In this document: positions 27,179-32,000 of the stretch, in pieces
Numbering within the stretch: position 1 is the first letter of the stretch
Layout: every line of letters begins with the position of its first letter
Assembly (NCBI RefSeq): GCF_000013905.1
Contig: NC_007969.1
Span: 2,880,001 to 2,912,000, forward strand
From: Psychrobacter cryohalolentis K5
GTDB taxonomy: Bacteria; Pseudomonadota; Gammaproteobacteria; Pseudomonadales; Moraxellaceae
Direction: 5' to 3'
DNA length: 32,000 bases
The notes under the pieces: generated by a model
Databases searched by the model: none
The model's input: the letters and a program-made list of their open reading frames with translations, nothing else
Told to the model about the DNA's origin: nothing
Translations under genes and position numbers: made by a program

Positions 27179-27598
27179 TTATTCATACTTAGAGAGCTTA
27201 GGATTTAACAATAATAAAGGTAGACCTTCGGGAGTAACATATACCACCGCATTTTGTAGGTAGCTACAACACAGGTTGATACTTGTTTGTTCATCTATCG
27301 GAAAAGCAAAGAAACTATTCTCTCTCCACGATTCGTCAGGATTTTCACCATAGCCGTCAACGACATTAAAGCCTCGACTAAGCAGCTCATTCTTTAAACC
27401 TTCATTTGCTAACTCATTAGTTGTAAGATCTAGATATTCGCCCATAGGGTTCCAAGCCGTGATAAATAAGCCACCACTTCGTATAAATGGCTTTAAAATC
27501 AACTCTGCTTTAGCAGATGGCTTATCAATATTTAATACGACATCACCAAAACAATAATGAGTTTGTTGGTAGGCTTCTAAAAGGGACTGGCTTAACAT
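27179..27598 (-). CDS. DUF3293 domain protein
   Basis: LLEAYQQTHYCF..., ...LFITAWNP..., ...SWRENSFFAF... and ...YLQNAVVYV match the conserved blocks of DUF3293 as I recall them. No obvious SD. Confidence 0.55.
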   Translation of the reverse strand: MLSQSLLEAYQQTHYCFGDVVLNIDKPSAKAELILKPFIRSGGLFITAWNPMGEYLDLTTNELANEGLKNELLSRGFNVVDGYGENPDESWRENSFFAFPIDEQTSINLCCSYLQNAVVYVTPEGLPLLLLNPKLSKYE

Positions 27599-27918
27599 GG
27601 GGTAGCTCGATGAGATATTGGTAATAACTTATGCTAGCAGGAAACTGATCTAAATAAACGTATTTAAATTATTACCTTATAACTCAGTTATATTAGAAAC
27701 CTCCTACTTATATATACTTCAAAAACCTCACGACAACTATCGTCGCCTTAATCACATCTGCACTTGAATTCTGCAACCTCACACCTCTACACTCAAAGCC
27801 ATCTATCCTACTACTTTTATATAAGCGCTTGGATTTTTGAAAATAGTATATAGAGCATCTATAGTGAGTGCTTTAATTAGTAAACTTGTGTAGGATGGCT
27901 ATAAAAAATAGCTAGTTA

Positions 27919-27946
27919 AATTTAATGAAATAAATTTCATTAAATT
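27919..27946. promoter_or_regulatory. perfect 13-bp inverted repeat AATTTAATGAAAT-aa-ATTTCATTAAATT; candidate operator
   Basis: Read directly: arms at 27919-27931 and 27934-27946, about 157 bp upstream of the GHKL ATPase start, in a 490-bp intergenic region. Confidence 0.35.
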
Positions 27947-28102
27947 ATTTAACTTAGCACTAGTGCCTCATGATAGTGATGCTAATAGGCACTATTATGA
28001 TTCATTGATTTTTAATGCAGCCAAATAAATCGATATAACTAAAACCAAAATAATAAACTTTTTTTCTGAAAAACTTTATATTAAAAATTGGAAGTTTTAA
28101 AT

Positions 28103-29563
28103 ATGTCACTGACTATAGATAGTCCGCCAAATGCGGCGGCACTTATGCACTCTTTGCGAGATATTGGATATGAGTTAGATACAGCTTTGGCAGACATTAT
28201 TGACAATAGTATTACTGCAGGAGCAAGCGAGGTCCACATTACTTTTGAGACGGATCCCGTAACTAAGGTTGCTATCTTAGATAATGGTGATGGCATGAGT
28301 CGGGATGAACTCATAAAGGCGATGACGATTGGATCAAAAAGCCCTCTAATTGAGCGCTCTACTAAAGACTTAGGAAGATTTGGTCTAGGTTTAAAAACAG
28401 CTTCTTTCTCACAGTGTAAACGTTTAACAGTAGTTACTAGACAGTTTGATCAGACGTGGGCAATGTGTTGGGATTTGGATCAAGTCACTAAATCTAATTG
28501 CTGGGATTTAATACAGCTTGGCGATGACGCGATGGTAGAGATCTATCAGTTCGATCAACTGGAAGACACAGGTACTTTAGTAGTCTGGGAGATTTGTGAC
28601 CGTCTGCAAGGTGACGGAAATCGCAGCAATGATAACCATGTATTGCAAAAGTTTGATAATGCCGAAAAATATCTAGGACTGATATTTCACCGGTTTTTAG
28701 ATAAGTCACCAAGTTCTGTATCGAATTTAGACATTGTTATTAACGGTAGAGCAATTAGCTACGTGGACCCCTTCTTTCGCCATAAACCTGCCACTCAGGT
28801 CCACAACCTTGAAACTATCAAATATAAAGACGTATACATTAAGGTGCAAGGCTATACCCTACCCCACCATACAAAATGTACCAAAGAAGAGTATGACAAA
28901 TATTCTTTAGGTAGCTATCGAGATAGCCAAGGATTCTACGTATATCGAGCTAATAGACTTCTTATAGCAGGTGATTGGTTTCGATTAGCTGCAAAATCAG
29001 ACTTAACCTCTCTAACACGAATCGAAATTGATCTACCTAATAACTTTGATAGTGAATGGCATATTGATATTAAAAAATCACATGCCAAGCCACCTGAGCA
29101 AATGCGAGATCAACTTAAGCAATATATCGACACCTATATTCAAGGATCTAAACGTGTTTATAACTCTAAAGGTTATAGACACAAAGGAGATGTCACCCCA
29201 CTTTGGCATCAATATACCAATAAAAATTTACGCTCTTATCAAATTAATAAAGACTATCCATTAATTTCACAGTTTATGGAAGGTTTAGATGTTAGGCAAA
29301 CAAGTCAGCTTAAACAGATACTTATTTTAATTGAGGAAAGTTTCCCAGTTGACCAGTTGTATGTGGACTACGCTTCTTCTCCCAAAGAGTTTAAAACCAA
29401 ACACACCGATGAAGAACTTGAGGAGCTAGCGCTCAGTTATCTTGAAAATTTTTCTAATATTGGGTTTGAGATAAGCGATATAACACTTCTTTTAGAAAAA
29501 AATGCACCTTTTAGTGATTACAGCAGAGACTGGGAAAGCTATCTAAAAACATCAAAGGAATAA
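28103..29563 (+). CDS. GHKL-superfamily ATPase (HATPase_c_3 / MORC-MutL-like)
   Basis: N box DIIDNSITAGA, G1 box ILDNGDGMS, G2 box GRFGLGLKTAS. The ORF track starts at a TTG (28088). I prefer the ATG at 28103, with GGAAG 8 nt upstream. Confidence 0.8.
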   Translation: MSLTIDSPPNAAALMHSLRDIGYELDTALADIIDNSITAGASEVHITFETDPVTKVAILDNGDGMSRDELIKAMTIGSKSPLIERSTKDLGRFGLGLKTASFSQCKRLTVVTRQFDQTWAMCWDLDQVTKSNCWDLIQLGDDAMVEIYQFDQLEDTGTLVVWEICDRLQGDGNRSNDNHVLQKFDNAEKYLGLIFHRFLDKSPSSVSNLDIVINGRAISYVDPFFRHKPATQVHNLETIKYKDVYIKVQGYTLPHHTKCTKEEYDKYSLGSYRDSQGFYVYRANRLLIAGDWFRLAAKSDLTSLTRIEIDLPNNFDSEWHIDIKKSHAKPPEQMRDQLKQYIDTYIQGSKRVYNSKGYRHKGDVTPLWHQYTNKNLRSYQINKDYPLISQFMEGLDVRQTSQLKQILILIEESFPVDQLYVDYASSPKEFKTKHTDEELEELALSYLENFSNIGFEISDITLLLEKNAPFSDYSRDWESYLKTSKE

Positions 29564-29566
29564 ATC

Positions 29567-32000
29567 ATGAATACGGATATGATTAATCTCATTTACAGTA
29601 TCAGTGTTAAATTGCTAGAGCTGAACACTAATTTGAGTGTTTCTGAAGCAGTAAGTGAAGCTATGAGCACATTTAATATAGATCAAATGAGCGAGCTGGA
29701 TGTTTTCAATAATATCGTAAATAATTTAAATCTCTTTCGTAATACTAAGCAAGAGAATGCTCACGTATTGGATGATCAAGAAATCACGCCTTGGCTGCAT
29801 ACGGTCTCTAGTGATAAATATTATAGCGACCGCTATTACACCTATCTACAAAATGAAGAACGATTACCCGCAAGAGTCGTTGATGTCATGAAGCGCACTA
29901 ATGAAGATATTTTAGAGCGATTAGGTAACCCAAATATAGATACGCCTTTCAAAAGGCAAGGTTTAGTAGTAGGAAATGTACAGTCGGGAAAAACGGCGAA
30001 TTATCTATCATTGATAAACTTGGCAGCTGATTATGACTATAAGTTAATTATCCTGATTACTGGCATTCACAATAACTTAAGATCACAAACTCAAAAGCGG
30101 GTTAATAAAGGATTTATAGGTGTCAACAGTGAGGAGCAAAAACTTACAGGAGTTGGGGTTACTAATAACCCAGTGCTTGATAAAGAAATTAAAGCGAAAC
30201 AGCCACACTGTTTAACAAGCTTAACTGAAGACTTTAGCGGAAAAATTCGTAAGACAACGGCAGTTCGATTGGAGAACGCTAAGAACCCAGTCATCATGGT
30301 CATTAAGAAAAACCATCATACTTTAGGTAATGTGATTAAATGGCTGAGAAATAATGAACAGGGTCAACGCTTTATTAACGAGCCTGTACTAATTATTGAC
30401 GATGAAGCAGACAATGCTTCAATTAATACCAGTAAACATCCAAATGAGACGACAAAAATTAATGGGCAAATAAGAGAGACTTTTAACTTGTTTCGTCAGG
30501 GTTCTTATATCGGTTACACAGCCACCCCATTTGCGAATATATTTATAGATCCTGCCAACCACGATGAAGCTTTGGCAGACGATTTGTTTCCTAAGCATTT
30601 TATTTTTACGCTTGTACCACCATCGAATTATCTAGGCCCAGCCCAGTTTTTCTTAGGAGAAGATGGTGAGCCTAATTACGACTCTCCTTACGTAGAGTTC
30701 ATCCAAGATAATGAAGATAGTATCCCGTTAAAAAAACCTAAAGACTTTGTTCTTACTGAACTTCCTAAAAGTTTGACTTTGGCGCTCTATGAGTACTTGG
30801 TAACTATCGTTATTAAAAGTGTACGCTCAGTTAGTAATAAACATACATCAATGCTGATCAATATATCTCATAAAACTCAAGAGCAAGCTGACGCACAATA
30901 TCTAGTTAGCCAAACGTTAGAAGAAATCAGACTAGCGGTAAAATTTCATGGTGCTAAACCACAGCAAGAGCGTCTGAAAAACCCACATTTAGAGGGCTTG
31001 TACCGCAAGTTCTTACCTCACTTAAATAAACAGAACGTTGATGAGCTTTTTACTCAGCTACAAAAAGTCATCGATTCAGTTAAAGTAAGAGTAATAAATA
31101 GTGAGAGTAAAGATAAATTAGATTACGATAATTATGAGAACGGTCTAAATGTCATTGCTATCGGTGGATACAGTCTATCACGTGGATTTACTCTAGAAGG
31201 ATTAACTATAAGCTACCTAATACGTAATACCGCCATGGCAGATACGTTATTGCAGATGGGACGATGGTTTGGCTACCGTGAACAGTATGATGATCTCTGT
31301 AAGCTATATATTCCTGACGCTTCATTCGAATGGTATGCATTCATTGCTCAATCTATTGAAGAATTGCGCTCAGAGTTTTCTATTATGGAACAAAATGGTC
31401 TGACGCCAGCAGAGTTTGGTTTAAAAGTTAGAACTAGTAATACTGGGCTATTAATTACTGCACGCAACAAAATGCATCATACAGAGGCTGTTACGCTATC
31501 AGAAAGCTTTTCTGAAGAAGCTTTTACACTTCGTGGTATTGCACTAAACAATTTACTTAGTCAACGTAAATTATTTACTGATTTTGCGCTTAAATCTGCT
31601 GATTTATATGGCTTTAAGCCAGTTTACAACTATGTTAGAGCAGAAAACGATAAGCAATTTCATTTGATTCAAAAAGTTGGCATTGACGAGGTTATCAACC
31701 TACTCAATGAGTATGAGCATTCAATCGATGATAATGGCAGGAAAGAGGCGCTGATATCCTATATTGAAGAACGAGAGGATGAGTTGGCAACTTGGGATAT
31801 TGCAATTCATAAAAGTTATTTAGGTGAAAACGCACTATCTCAGGTTCGTACTTTTGCAAAATCTTGCTATCACTCAGATCATGTCAAAACAGCTGACGGT
31901 GGTGGTCGTATTTTAAGACCATGGGAAGAAGCTTTTGGCTTAACAGATGAGCAGTACGCAAGTGCAGAACAACAAAAAGAGAAATCGAAAGTTAAACAAA
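29567..32000 (+). CDS. Z1-domain protein (P-loop/DEAD-like ATPase N-terminal region + Z1 domain), 3' end outside the window
   Basis: Not in the ORF track because it is open-ended. My hand translation from the ATG at 29567 (3 nt after the upstream stop) shows no stop through 31999. Walker A GNVQSGKTANY (nt ~29972). Walker B IIDDEADNAS. TATPFAN. Z1 hallmark GGYSLSRGFTLEGL...LLQMGRWFGYR (nt ~31252-31278). Confidence 0.8.
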   Translation, partial: MNTDMINLIYSISVKLLELNTNLSVSEAVSEAMSTFNIDQMSELDVFNNIVNNLNLFRNTKQENAHVLDDQEITPWLHTVSSDKYYSDRYYTYLQNEERLPARVVDVMKRTNEDILERLGNPNIDTPFKRQGLVVGNVQSGKTANYLSLINLAADYDYKLIILITGIHNNLRSQTQKRVNKGFIGVNSEEQKLTGVGVTNNPVLDKEIKAKQPHCLTSLTEDFSGKIRKTTAVRLENAKNPVIMVIKKNHHTLGNVIKWLRNNEQGQRFINEPVLIIDDEADNASINTSKHPNETTKINGQIRETFNLFRQGSYIGYTATPFANIFIDPANHDEALADDLFPKHFIFTLVPPSNYLGPAQFFLGEDGEPNYDSPYVEFIQDNEDSIPLKKPKDFVLTELPKSLTLALYEYLVTIVIKSVRSVSNKHTSMLINISHKTQEQADAQYLVSQTLEEIRLAVKFHGAKPQQERLKNPHLEGLYRKFLPHLNKQNVDELFTQLQKVIDSVKVRVINSESKDKLDYDNYENGLNVIAIGGYSLSRGFTLEGLTISYLIRNTAMADTLLQMGRWFGYREQYDDLCKLYIPDASFEWYAFIAQSIEELRSEFSIMEQNGLTPAEFGLKVRTSNTGLLITARNKMHHTEAVTLSESFSEEAFTLRGIALNNLLSQRKLFTDFALKSADLYGFKPVYNYVRAENDKQFHLIQKVGIDEVINLLNEYEHSIDDNGRKEALISYIEEREDELATWDIAIHKSYLGENALSQVRTFAKSCYHSDHVKTADGGGRILRPWEEAFGLTDEQYASAEQQKEKSKVKQ

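Larger units (their letters stand above)
2237..32000. mobile_element. tRNA-Ser-associated genomic (defence) island, CP4-57/P4-integrase type; right boundary not in view or not recognisable
   Basis: An integrase gene lies directly 3' of the tRNA and an AlpA-type gene sits at 10038. A phage/ICE-like module (YfjJ-like, DUF932, YqaJ) is followed by stacked restriction/defence genes. Base composition changes visibly between modules. No second copy of the tRNA 3' end (attR) was found by eye. Confidence 0.6.

Noticed and set aside
2894-30303. Other short ORFs nested in or antisense to large genes: 2894..3079, 3647..3913, 7054..7242, 10944..11153, 11361..11600, 12912..13100, 13211..13555, 13593..13811, 14823..15080, 15899..16090, 16208..16414, 19215..19544, 19635..19895, 23531..23962, 24822..25076, 28081..28314, 28494..28712, 29028..29264 and 30091..30303
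   Set aside because: Each overlaps a longer ORF that carries recognisable conserved motifs. None has a convincing start context or recognisable domain. The frequency of such shadow ORFs is as expected in AT-rich DNA.
1-32000. Search for CRISPR arrays, IS elements or transposases, rRNA, and a second copy (attR) of the tRNA-Ser 3' end
   Set aside because: Scanning by eye found none. There are no regularly spaced direct repeats, no transposase-like ORFs, and no recurrence of GGTTCGAATCCCTCCTTCACCGCCA or a long sub-string of it. An attR shorter than ~12 bp could have been missed.

Overview
This is AT-rich DNA that looks gammaproteobacterial. Composition and protein flavour suggest Moraxellaceae such as Psychrobacter or Acinetobacter, at low confidence. 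No database search was run, so every family call is motif recognition by eye.

Positions 1-2236 look like chromosomal backbone. They hold a DUF2147-like secreted protein, a small ORF, a secreted Serratia-type non-specific DNA/RNA endonuclease and a tRNA-Ser(GGA).

A genomic island starts directly 3' of the tRNA and runs to the window end; its right end was not found. The mobility half contains:
- a P4/CP4-57-type tyrosine integrase preceded by five copies of a TAGACCAAC motif
- a very AT-rich orphan with an RHH-like tail
- a YagK/YfjJ-like protein with HUH and YxxK motifs
- a small Zn-ribbon protein
- a DUF932 protein
- a YqaJ-type exonuclease
- a Cys-rich protein of unknown function
- an AlpA-type excisionase/regulator

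The cargo half is a dense defence island containing:
- a cytoplasmic LRR-only protein
- a 955-aa helicase IV (HelD)-like SF1 helicase with an inserted Vsr/PD-(D/E)xK-like fold and three C-terminal zinc ribbons
- a GmrSD/BrxU-like DUF262-DUF1524 type IV restriction enzyme
- an orphan 154-aa gene
- a six-gene minus-strand operon
- a DUF3293 gene
- a GHKL-ATPase plus Z1-domain ATPase pair cut by the window end

The six-gene operon is a canonical hsdM-hsdS-hsdR type I R-M system led by three extra genes. Two are overlapping 61-aa genes. The third is an intact 600-aa HsdM-like protein with degenerate SAM-binding and NPPF motifs that carries its own S-type target recognition domain (TRD).

The best candidates for an undescribed system are, in order:
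1. the pseudo-methyltransferase/TRD fusion with its small gene pair on the type I operon
2. the HelD-like helicase-nuclease
3. the GHKL+Z1 module
4. the LRR protein

No rRNA, CRISPR array, IS element or transposase was seen.
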